This document shows positions 11,670 through 24,279 of a stretch of DNA of 64,000 nt, piece by piece. Below the pieces are notes generated by a model. The model ran no database searches and had not been told where the DNA came from. It was given only the letters and a program-made list of their open reading frames with translations. The position numbers and the translations under genes were made by a program. The stretch is taken from contig OX597834.1 of NCBI GenBank assembly GCA_951406725.2, positions 20,522,001 through 20,586,000 on the forward strand. The letters are read 5' to 3'. The DNA comes from Octopus vulgaris (taxonomy: Eukaryota). The first letter of the stretch is position 1; each line of letters opens with the position of its first letter.

Positions 11670-11940
11670 GAGGTCTTCCAGCATGCTGGAGCCCAACCTG
11701 GAATTTCTGAGGGTCTGTGTTATTGCTTCTAGCAATAACACAGTCATTGAACCTATACTAGGTTCATCCGTCCTTTTGATAGGTCTTGTTTTAAGTCCTG
11801 CTGGGTTGCAAACAACCCTCCTCACTAGGCAAGCCTAGTGCAGGTGCTGGGGTAGTCACTGATAACCCAACCTTACAACAGGTTGTACTGCATTTCATGT
11901 TACCAGTAACACTCATGAGAGACCTCACAAGTGACCACAG
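11670..11940. other. Cluster of perfect stem-loops, possibly a structured non-LTR (RTE) 5' UTR remnant
   Basis: Six perfect short inverted repeats within about 240 bp (listed in findings). Confidence 0.45.
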
Positions 11941-11955
11941 AGACACACACATATA

Positions 11956-11996
<41 letters not shown>

Positions 11997-11998
<2 letters not shown>

Positions 11999-12415
11999 CA
12001 TCATTATCATCATCATCTTTTAATGTCCGCTTTCCATGCTAGCATGGGTTGGACAGTTCAACTGGGATCTGGGAACCAGAAGGCTGCAGCAGGCCCGGTC
12101 TGATTTGGCAGTGTTTCTACGGCTGGATGCCCTTCCTAACGCCAACCACTCCGTGAGTGTAGTGGGTGCTTTTTACGTGCCACCGGCACAGGTGCCAGAT
12201 AAGGCTGGCAAACGGGCATGATCGGATGGTGCTCTTTACGTGCCACTGGCACAGAGGCCAGGCGAGGCTGGCAACGGCCACAGTCGGATGGTGTCTTTTA
12301 CTTGCCACCGGCACGGAGGCCACTCGGGGCAGCACTGGCAACAGCCATGTTCGAATGGTTCTCTTACGTGCCACCGGCACTGGTATCACAGCTACAATTT
12401 CCATTGATGTTAATT
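11997..12415 (-). mobile_element. RTE-type LINE 3' UTR with four internal ~60-70 bp units
   Basis: (CAT)n tail, conserved GGATGCCCTTCCTAACGCCAACCAC, repeated TTAC(G/T)TGCCAC. Confidence 0.85.
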
Positions 12416-12416
12416 G

Positions 12417-12447
<31 letters not shown>

Positions 12448-12485
12448 GAAAGAAGTGTATTCCTCCTGTGCAAGAAAAAATATAG

Positions 12486-12763
12486 GAGAATTTGTTTTGG
12501 GGTTCGAAAATGCACCTGAATCTAAAAAGGACGTAGTCATTTTTAAATAGATTTATTCATGTACCTAACTGGTTCTGACAATTTTTTTTGCTTATCAATG
12601 GTACAAATATATATTGAAAAACAAACTTTTTATGTATATTTGTACCATTGATAAGCAAAAAAAAAAAAAATTGTCAGAACTTGTTTGCCATGTGAATAAA
12701 TCTATTTAAAAATGACTACATGCTCTTTTAAATTCAGGTGCATTTTCAAACCCTAAAAGAAAT

Positions 12764-12767
<4 letters not shown>
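12486..12767. repeat. Long foldback (inverted repeat, ~130-bp arms, ~17-nt spacer)
   Basis: GTAGTCATTTTTAAATAGATTTATTCA (12533-12559) is the exact reverse complement of 12693-12719. GCTTATCAATGGTACAAATATA is also perfectly mirrored. Confidence 0.92.
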
Positions 12768-12813
<46 letters not shown>

Positions 12814-13757
12814 ATATATATATATGTATGTATATATATAGATGATGATGATGATGATGTAGTTATGTATATGTGTATATATATGTATATATATATATGT
12901 ATGTATATATTCTGTATGTATGTATATATATGTATATATATGTTTATATGTATGTATATATATATATATATGTATGTATATAATCTGTATATATGTATGT
13001 ATATATATATGTATGTATATATGTGTGTATATATGTACGTACACACACATATATATACTTATATGTGTGTATATATGTGTGTTTGTGTGTTTGTGTGTGT
13101 ATGCATGTATATAGTAGTGAATATATATATGTCTCCTTATATGCATATATACATAAATATATATATAAATATATCTTATACTTTCTCTCTTACTGCTACT
13201 CAGTATTTTTCTTTCAACATTTTCTCTTAATCTTTGTCTCCTCTCTTGCTTTTCCCTCCTCCCCCCCCTCTCTCTCTCTCTACCACTCTCTTAATATCCT
13301 CCTGTAAAATGAACATACCTAACTTTCCATTGGATTATGTTCCTAATCATTAATTGCAATGTCTAATATTTAGTCTGCCAGTAAATTTCCTGCGATTCCA
13401 TCATCGCTACAGGGCAGTGTCTTTTAGAAACAGTAACAATTGTATTTACATCAATAACTATTTCTTCATTTACCTCGTTACTGTTGTAATTGTTAGTAGT
13501 GGTAGCGAAGGTGGTAGAGGTGGTGGTCGTGGTGGTGGAGGGATTTTTTTAATGTTTATTTCTTCATTTTTTTTTTTTATTACAAACAAAATTATTCTTC
13601 ATCAAAAAACAAGGAATCTAATTCCAGCCCCAAACCATTATGTCAGAATCTGTTAGGTTCTGCCTTTAGGGCAGGACGAAATATTTCCCTTGTCAAATCC
13701 TTCAATAAATAACAATATAAAAACAAATAAACTGTAATAATCATAATGATAATAATG

Positions 13758-13806
<49 letters not shown>

Positions 13807-14172
13807 CTAATAATAACTATTAATAAAAATGTTGAAAATAATAATAATAATAATAATAATGATAACAACTAATAATAAAAATATTTAAAATGATAATAAT
13901 AATACTAACATCAATAATAATAACAACAACAGCAACGTATTTAAGAAAAGCAAGCTAAAATGCAAACAAATTCAAAAATTTTACACAAACGACATAAGGT
14001 TGGTTTTCCCATCCTATCCACCAACCTGTTGCTAATCATAATTAAGATCATTTTTGAATCGAAAATGCTAGTGAAAAATAATGGCATTTTTGTTTTGCTT
14101 CTGTCAAACAAAGAAATAAAATGTAAAGTTGTTGAAAATTTTGTTCTTGCTCTATTACTATGATAAAAGAAA

Positions 14173-14174
<2 letters not shown>

Positions 14175-14209
<35 letters not shown>

Positions 14210-14397
14210 CATTCTTCTTCTTCTTCTTCTTTTTCTTCTTCTTCTTCTTCTTCTTCTTCTTCTTCTTCTCCTTCTTCTTCTTCTTCTTCTTCTTCTTCTT
14301 CTTCTTCTCCTTCTTTTTCTTCTTCTCCTTCTTCTCCTTCTGCTTCTTCTTCTTCTTCTTCTCCTTCTTCTTCTTTTTCTTCTTCTTCTTCTTCTCC
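14175..14397. repeat. (ATT)n followed by imperfect (TTC)n tract
   Basis: About 190 bp of almost pure pyrimidine TTC/CTC repeats. Confidence 0.95.
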
Positions 14398-14428
14398 CAA
14401 ATTTCATGCTTTGTACATTTAATAGAAG

Positions 14429-14460
<32 letters not shown>

Positions 14461-14462
<2 letters not shown>

Positions 14463-14682
14463 AAGTGGTGAGCTGGCAGAATTGTTAGCACACCAGGCGA
14501 AATGCTTAGTGATATTTCATCTGCCGCTACATTCTGAGTTCAAATTCCACCGAGGTCAAGTTTGCCTTTCATCTTTTCAGGGTTGATTAAATTAGTACCA
14601 GTTATGCACAGGGGGAAGGGTCAATGTAATCACCTTAATCCCTTCTCCCAAATTTGAGGCCTTGTGCTTCCTGTAGAAAGGA
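14461..14682 (+). mobile_element. SINE family B
   Basis: Head follows an (ATT)n tract; B box and core present. Confidence 0.85.
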
Positions 14683-15029
14683 TCGTTATTATTGTTGTTG
14701 CTGTTGTCGTCATTGGCAGTGGCAGTAGCATCGAGACAGAATCATTTGCATGCCAGATAAAATGGTTGGTGTCATTTCTTCCGGACATAGTGTTGCATGC
14801 TTACCTTTCCATGCGCACCATCCTCTCTGAACCAAAACAATGGAATTTCACACTTCATAGGGTACTGCTGTCTTAGCTCACTCCTGAACAGTCAAGTGAC
14901 CGGCCATCAGGAAAATAAGAAGAAATGGGACAATAAGAAAATCTGAAATTCCCATTAGTGTTGTCTGTTTAAAAAATGATTTCATCCTGACTTCAGCAAT
15001 ACTAAAACTTCTGTAAGCAATTTCTAACA

Positions 15030-15631
15030 CCTATTTCTTTATTGCCCACAAGGGGCTAAACACAGAGAGAACAAACAAGGACAGACAAACGGATTAAGTT
15101 GAATATATCGACCCCAGTGCGTAACTGGTACTTAATTTATCGAGCCCGAAAGGATGAAAGGCAAAGTCGATCTCGGCGGAATTTGAACTCAGAACGTAAC
15201 CGCAGACGAAATACCTATTTCTTTATTACCCACGAGGGGCTAAACACAGAGAGGACAAACAAGGACAGACAAACGGATTAAGTTGAATATATCGACCCCA
15301 GTGCGTAACTGGTACTTAATTTATCGACCCCGAAAGGATGAAAGGCAAAGTCGATCTCGGCGGAATTTGAACTCAGAACGTAACGGCAGACGAAATACCT
15401 ATTTCTTTATTACCCACAAGGGGCTAAACACAGAGGGGACAAACAAGGACAGACATAGGTATTAAGTCGATTACATCGATCCCAGTGCGTAACTGGTACT
15501 TAATTTATCGAGCCCGAAAGGATGAAAGGCAAAGTCGACCTCGGCGGAATTTTAACTCAGAACGTAACGGCAGACGAAATACCGCTAAGCATTTCGCCAG
15601 GCGTGCTAACGATTCTGTCAGCTCGCCGCCT
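15030..15631 (-). mobile_element. SINE family B head-to-tail trimer (184-bp unit)
   Basis: Units start at 15030, 15214 and 15398, and only the last carries the tRNA-like head. TSD TTTCTAA(C/T)ACCTA at 15021-15033 / 15632-15644. Confidence 0.92.
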
Positions 15632-16017
15632 TTTCTAATACCTAGTTACTTTCCACCCACCCTGTATATAAGAGCATTGTAGTTTGCTTGAAGCATTGTA
15701 GTAGAGAAGGAGAAAAAGAAAAGGAAAAATATAGAAAGCTTCTAACAAAGTTGAAAGTTTTACAAAAACATTTACATTTTGGGCAGAAAGACCTATCAGC
15801 ACCAGGAAATAGTCCAGGAAATGTTTGGTTACATCGATTTTGTTATTCTATTTCAACAAAATCAACGTAACTAGACATTTCTTGAACTGTCAGCTTCTGA
15901 AGATAAGCCTTTGCATCCAAAATATTGAGGTTTTTTTGTAAGACTTTCTGCATTGTTAAAAATTTTCTGTATTTCCCTTTTCTTTTGTTACACCCCTCCA
16001 ACACATTATCAATCTAT

Positions 16018-16070
<53 letters not shown>

Positions 16071-16205
16071 ATATATATATATAAAGCAGTCTGTGTATCA
16101 TACTTAAAGTAGATATATCATTGAAAGCCATTTAAACTGTGGTATTTGTACTGGATATATAGTGCTAAAAAACACAGAAGAGTATCAAGAGCAGACGGAA
16201 AACGC

Positions 16206-16236
<31 letters not shown>

Positions 16237-16930
16237 CTTGTCTTGCCATCACATGATGGTTGTAAGCACTCATCACCATCATACCATACACACACAATAC
16301 ATATATAAATTCATATGAAGTAACATGAAATAGTATTATGACCATCATCATCATCACTATCTTCGTCATCATCATCTTCATCATCTTCATTACCGTAATC
16401 ATCATCATCGACATCGTCAATATACGTGGATATACATATACTTTCTCCTGTCCTTTTGTTTTGTTTTATTGTTTTTTTTTCTCTCTTTTTACTTTCTTTT
16501 CCTTTTTTTTTTACTTTGTATGATGGTTTTTACGCAAAAATAAAATATTTCCTTTTGAATACAAATATTCACCTAACTGACATTTATGATTATCTCCTTC
16601 GCATAAAATCTCGTTTTATATGCAAATTAGTGGAATCACTAACGGGGAAAAAGAAACAGCTAATGTGTCACATCTTTCACATGAACTTAAAACTTCTTTC
16701 ATCTTCTTCTAAACAACGAAAATAAAATAAAATAAAGCGATAACAAAATTAAATGAAAAAACTTCTATATCGATTTACTACTATGTATAATATACATTAG
16801 ATTATTATATATATTTTTTTTTTGAAAGAAATGGTCTTTATATATACTTCTCTCTCTATACATTTCTCTCTTTGGGTATGTAAATATATACGTCTATATA
16901 TGTAGGTGTGATTATGCATATCGGTATGTG

Positions 16931-16961
<31 letters not shown>

Positions 16962-17458
16962 AATATATACATATATATGTGTGTGTACATACAAATATAT
17001 ATATATATGCATGTGTGTATGTGCATATGTACATGTATATATTTTGTGTGTGTATATATATATATATACACACATACATATATGTACATATATATATGCA
17101 TATATGTATATGTGTGTATATATGTATATATACACACACATATATATATATGTATATATATATGTATATGTGTGTATATATATATATATATTTATATACA
17201 CACACACATACATATATATGTATGTATATATGTATATATATGTGTGTGTGTGTTTATGTATGTATATATATTTCTTTATAGTTTCTCTTCGTTTCTATGC
17301 TGTTTTTTTTTTCTTAAACTTCCGAATTATTCAACTTAGAGTAATTGTCTTCCTAGGTTGATATCTGAGTATAATAACAAGAGATTCATAACTTTAGGTT
17401 TACTGGTGCATATATATATATGTATATCTATATATATATATATTTGTATGTATGTATG

Positions 17459-17502
<44 letters not shown>

Positions 17503-18686
17503 GTGGAGGATTGGTATGTACATGTAATGTTCTGGAGGATGCATTAAATGAGAAAAAAAAGCAGTTAAATGCAAAAAAGGTTTGTTATATGCATGTCGCA
17601 TGTACTTAATGCTGCTACCAATAGTGAATGACAAAATATATTGTGAAGTTTGTTGTATAATACACACATAGATACACTACACACACAAACACACACACAT
17701 ATATATATATGTGTATGTATACATATATATTGCCATTTGTTTACATGAATATATATATATGTGTGTGTGTGTGTGTGTTTATATGATATCGAAAAAAACT
17801 AACAGTTCACTGAGTGTGTCCCATGACAAATTTTATTTCACTTTCAAATATTAGCGACTACTACTACTACTACTACTACTACTACTGCTGCTGCTGCTGT
17901 TACTGCTACTACTACCACTACTACCACCACTGCCACCATTTCTCCTCCTATGACTATTATGGCAATCAGCTTAGTTTTTATGGATAATAAAGGTTTCAAA
18001 TTTGGGTGCAAAGCCAGCAAGCTCAGGAGAGGATGTAAGGTGATTATGTTGACCCCTGTGTTCAACTGGTATGCATTCTATTGACCCCGATAGGATGAAA
18101 AGCAAAGTTGATTTCTGACATTAATACACACACACACACACACACTCTCTCATACAAAGGGAATATTGGTTACTTCATTTAATGCAGGTGCAATTAATTA
18201 TTTAACATGGAACCATCCCCTAGTACATGGCTGGTATCTTTCTATAGATCTCTGCAGAGATGAAGCAGTAAACCCGAATGCTGATTGGATGGAACTAAAT
18301 TCTCAATATTGAAGATTGTATCTAAATGCTGCAATGTTTAGATTCAGAGTGGTGACAGTTCTCCTTTGTCACCCAGAGTCAATCTTAAAGACAGTAAATA
18401 AAGTGAGACCTATAAAGTTCCATCACAGTTACAACACCTCATCTTGTATCAAATCACACAACACATCCTCACCTTTGTGAAAATGTCTGAGAAAGGCTAG
18501 AAAGCCAAAACTTTGCAGCCATTGTCAGCCTTCTTGTAAAAGCTTAACAAACACACACTTATATGGGCATGTATACCGTCTAAGAATCCATATATCAGGG
18601 GAAAATGCTCTTGTATGTCTGTCAGATATTGATCTAAGTGTAGAGTTTTATATATGAATTAGAGCTATTACTATTGATTGGATGTT

Positions 18687-18770
18687 ACCTCTGAAGAGCA
18701 CAAGGTTACATAATTGGACTGTTTCCGGACACTCTGTTAGACCCCCAGTGTGAAACTGATTGCTGAGATC
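18687..18770 (+). ncRNA. Degenerate hammerhead-like motif
   Basis: CTGAAGA (18691) - GCAC ..long loop.. GTGT - GAAAC (18752). No clear GUH triplet or stem I. Confidence 0.25.
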
Positions 18771-18850
18771 AGCCGTGATGGCTATATAAGACTGTACATT
18801 TCAATTGATATTTGTGTGTGTGCCTGCATGCAGTATATATATATATATAT

Positions 18851-18961
18851 ATAGTTGAAATTGACAAAAAAAACAAAAGACAAAGATGGGTGTATAAACA
18901 ACAAACAGGTGTATTAGTTTAATGCTCAGGAAGGTGAGAAAGTCTTTTATGTTTTGAGCCT
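18851..18961 (-). mobile_element. Truncated copy of the TA-embedded repeat at 51201-51402
   Basis: Shares AAAAAACAAAAGAC..GTATTAGT..CTCAGGAA..AAAGTCTTTTA..GAGCCTA and stops inside the hammerhead stem II. Confidence 0.7.
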
Positions 18962-18984
18962 ATATATATATATTTATGAAACAA

Positions 18985-19510
18985 GTGTAGGTGTGGTTCT
19001 GTGGTAAGAAATTTGCTTCCCATCTCATGGTTCTAGGTTCAATCTCACTGCATGGTACATTGGCCAAGTGTCTTCTGCTTTAACCTTGGGCCGACCAATG
19101 CCTTGTGGGTGGTACATGGAAACTGAAAGAAGCCTACTGCATATATATATTTAGACATCTAAGTGTGTGGGGGTGTCTGTTGGTCCCCACCAATTCTTGA
19201 GAACTGGTATTGGTGTGCTTACATTCCCATAACTTAACAGTTCAGGAAATGAGACTGACAGAAAAAGTACCAGACTTGTTGAAATTTGTTCAACTATACA
19301 TTCTTCAAGGAAGTGCCCCAGCATGACCACAGTGAAGTGATTGAAAAAAGTAAAAGGTAAAAGATACATACACACACACATCCACATACATATAACAGGC
19401 ATTTTTCTGTTTCCATCTACTATGGTCAACCCCTGACGTTATAGTGGAAGATATGTGCCCAATGTTTCACTGTAGGACTGAACTCAAAACTGTGTGGCTT
19501 GGAAGCAAAT
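18985..19510. mobile_element. Two family-A SINEs in opposite orientation (+ 18985-19360, - ~19395-19510)
   Basis: Head and tail motifs present on both strands. Confidence 0.75.
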
Positions 19511-19530
19511 TTCTTACCACACAGTCATAG

Positions 19531-19603
<73 letters not shown>

Positions 19604-19644
19604 ATCTTTGTATGTATCTATCTATCTATCTATCTATTTATTTA

Positions 19645-19709
<65 letters not shown>

Positions 19710-19731
19710 ATCTATCTATTTATATATATAT

Positions 19732-19785
<54 letters not shown>

Positions 19786-20802
19786 AATATATATGTATAT
19801 AAGTGTGTGTGTTTGTATGTATGTGAAGGCAAATGGCTTAGTTGCTAGAGTGTTGGACTTATGATTGTAAGATTGCGGTTTCAATTCATGGACTGTGCGA
19901 TGCATTATTTTGTTGAGTAAAACACTTCATATCACCTTGTTCCAGTCCACTCAGTTACTAAAAACTTCAAAGTCACTATCAATACTATATTTGTTAAAGA
20001 ATAATAAATATTTACTCTACCAAATGGATTGAGTAATCCTGCAGTTAAATGTAAAATTGTTTTTATTTTAACCATAAAAATACAAACCTATATAAATATA
20101 CATGCAGATCGACATATGAAGATAATTTTTATCCAGGTGTACCCATAACAAAGCATACATGTAAGACATTTTCTGCTGGGCACCAATATTCTAATAAATC
20201 TAACAGGGATTAGCAAGAGGGACCAAATTTTCCATAGCTGTGTTTGCAAACCTGTGCGTCATCCAGTGACTTAAGCTTTATTGCAGCAAAAAGTTACAAA
20301 ATTAAACAAAAAAATCTCTTATTTAGAATTCCCGCTTCTTGTTTTACGAGGTTCATAACACTCTGTTAACAAAATAATTACTTTTTTTTTGCGGTGGTGG
20401 GTAGTTAACAAATAATTTACCAAAGATTGTTCTGCTTTTGGGTAAGGTGGTTTTAATTACTGGGAAGTCCTCAAATCAAATGATTATTAAAGACTTATCC
20501 CTCTAGGCTATCTGGTAGCATTAATAAGGACGTTGATGGATTGCCTTTACTGTTTGTGTGTGTGTGTGTGTGTGTGTATATGTGGGTGTGTGTGTTTGTG
20601 TATTCAGTATATATATATATATATATTTGTTCATATGTGTATATATGTATAAGTATGTATATATATATATGTATATATATGTGTGTGTGTGTACAAGTAA
20701 ATATTTATATGTATACGCACACACACACATATATATATATACATATATGTATATATATGTGTGTGTATGTGTGTGTGTGTATATGTATATATTTATGTTT
20801 GT

Positions 20803-20842
<40 letters not shown>

Positions 20843-22297
20843 CTGTGTGTATGTATGTGTGTGTATATATATATATATATTATATGTCTGTCTGTGTGTT
20901 TACATTGTTGTTATGATATGGCAAAACATTTTACTTATTACATATCTTTCCCTAACCCAGTAGCCATCAAATAATAAATGTCTCACCGTTTCCCAGTCAA
21001 AGCTGAAAAATAAAATCATTCCATGACTCAATACGAATGAAACATTTGCATAGTTATTTTCTTTCTTTCTTTCTTTTTTTTTGTTTTTTTCGTTGTTTCT
21101 CATTTCATTTTCGTCTCTTCGCTAAGTTTGTTACTACTTAAAATTTAATCACCTCTTAGAGATAGAATATTTAATTTTCACTACGCAAAGATCTACAGAA
21201 ATTTTTTTTTCTTTTTCACCGAGTGAAAAGGAAAGTGAAACAACCTCACTGAGCAATGATGAACTACTTTCGTCATATATGTTTTGGATGGGATGGGTAA
21301 ACTGACAGGAAAAGTTCCACACAAGATACGCCAGCCATAATTACGTCAGGAACTTCATTTCACCTCAATAATATTTTTCAGGCATAGCGACACATCATTT
21401 CAGTTCGCGTATTAACAGCGTGGCAGAATTTGTTCGACGGCTGAGAATTCTGTGAGGCACTTAGTGAATCATCTCCTGAAACTACACACTTGAACAAATA
21501 CGCATAAACAGTGAGATCCGAGTAACACCTCAGGGAGACTCTACGAGCGAGAGATGGGACTCTTAAACCACTGTGGTACTGAGATGTTTAATGAGAAATC
21601 TTATTTCAACTTGCCCTAACTTTCATTTCGTAACATGAAAGTCGAACCAGTTTTAAATACACAAAGTCTAAACCGATAGATTTGTTCATTTTGCGCAACG
21701 ATTGCTGTCATGTCACATATATGTGTGTCTGCCTGCATCCATGTGTGCATGTGTGTGTGCATATGCATGTGTGTGTGTGTTGGGGAAGCAGTTATGGATG
21801 GAGATAAACAAGGGGGATGATAAGAGTAAATATGCGTTGGGTGCCAGAGGCAGAAGAGGTGATCAGACGTATAAATATCTGTGTCTATGCGAGCATGTTT
21901 GTTCATTTGAGTTTGGTAGGGGGAGGGTTCTGGCATTAAATGACAACTTAATTTGTTTTTATTTTTTCTTCGCTTTTTGTTTTTTTTTTTTTTTTTACTT
22001 TTGCTTTCGTTCATTTGTTTAATCATTTATTTTGCCTTTTCTGCATATTTCTATAACCACTTGTCAAAGTGTTATACATATATATTTTATATGCAATATT
22101 CTGTTTGTCTCTCTGTCTGTTAAACCTATCAGCCTCTCTGTCTATCAATCTATCTGTCTATATATCTATCTATCATTCTATGCATCTATCTATCTTCCTA
22201 TATATATATGTTTTCATACTCAAGTATATATATATATATACATACACATACACATTTATATATACATGCTTATATATATATACATATACATATATGC

Positions 22298-22336
<39 letters not shown>

Positions 22337-22471
22337 TGTATATACATGTATGTGTGTATATATATGTATGTGTGTGTGAGTGTATGTATATATCTATCTA
22401 TATATTTAGTTGCACATTCATATTCGTCGTTTCGTTCCACCTCTTGGTTCCTGTTATTTTTATATTATTAT

Positions 22472-22509
<38 letters not shown>

Positions 22510-22924
22510 ATATAGACATATATATATAGATAGATATATAGATAGATAGATAGACATAATATTTAATACTTTTCTCTTTTCAATAAATATATTTGTATCA
22601 TTTTGTCAAAAGAAACAGGTCTTAATACCTTTCCGCACCTCCCACACCACCACCACCACCACTCCTCCACCCTTCCACCATTTCTCTCTCTTACCTTAGC
22701 CCTACCTTTCATACACCTCACCTATACACCAAGCTGCACAACGTAATGCAACAGTCTGGCTACAATATTTTAACGAGTTCTTCACATTCATTCCAGGAGA
22801 AATCATTCTGCCAGCATTCATCATTTTTTGATTGGCATGTCGCATAATTCAATCGCTGCAACGTGCATGTTTATGCCCATTTCATTCCACACCTTTATAC
22901 ACACACACACACGTGTGCATATAC

Positions 22925-23017
<93 letters not shown>

Positions 23018-23236
23018 TATATATGTATATATGTATATATATGTATATATATAGGAAGATGCAAGGATGAAGCATGTCATTGCACACGTGCAGTTTATTT
23101 AGTTTTGACAATAATGTGTGCAAGCAGCATCCGTCTGAGACTGATGTCTGTCTGTTAGATGAGTCACATCCTTTCACGGAGTTTATTTGATATAAGCCTA
23201 GCCGTGCAGCAATAATTTCCTCTCTCTCTCTCTCTT

Positions 23237-23277
<41 letters not shown>

Positions 23278-23475
23278 ATATATATATGCCACTCTCTTAA
23301 CTAACCTACCTTCCTTCCACTCCTGTGCTTTTTCACTTCGGTCCTTTGCTCCTGACTAACAAAGTTCCAAATTTCATTCCAACCATAATTTATTACTCAA
23401 CAATTTCACGGTGTGAATACTACATGCACATATACATATATATATATATTGCATATATATATATATATACATATA

Positions 23476-23530
<55 letters not shown>

Positions 23531-24279
23531 TATAGCATATATATATATACACACACATATACATACATATATATATATATATGTATGTATATGTTTCTAT
23601 ATGCGTGTGTGTGTATATACCTTTAAACATCCTATTTCACGCCTCTTCTCATAGTTTACAATCCACTGAATTCAGTTATAAAATAAACAAAAATAAGCAA
23701 GAAAAGTATAAACGTTTGCTTATAAACCATTAAAAAAAGACAACGCAAAAAATTCTGGCCAAAAATTACTTCCTAAAAAACTCGAAATTAATGGCTCTTT
23801 TTTCAAAGTTATGATGAGGTCTCACTTGAGAAAATTGTTCAAGGAATGGATTGTTTTGTTTCTTATTAGTCATTTTATAAAAATACCCATCAAAAAACAT
23901 TTGCGTTTTTTGTTTCTTTTTATTCCTTGTAATTCAAAGAAGATTAAAACAAACGACAGTAAGTTTTTGATAAAACCGAAAAAAAAAAACAGTAAAGTAG
24001 TTTTGAATGGAAAAAAGTTTTTAAAAATTGAAGAAAATTTTTTAAAATATGAATGAATCCCATCTATAATGGAATATTTTCGCTCAGGGAGGGAAAAGAA
24101 AATATTATAGCCAATTCTTTAAAATAAGATTTAGTAGATTCTTCTTAACTGTGTCTTAAATATTTTTCTAAAATATACATTTTTTTCTATTCAGGAAAAT
24201 TTTCGTTATGGACAGTCAAATAAAAATTTTATAAAATGATAATAATAATGATAACAATAATAATATTAATAATAATTAT

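Noticed and set aside
13645-13690. CTGTTAG-hairpin-GAAA hammerhead look-alike
   Set aside because: Core deviates at several essential positions and stem I is absent.
15890-15935. CTGAAGA followed by weak stem (also minus strand 20230-20268)
   Set aside because: No GAAA box or cleavage triplet can be assigned.
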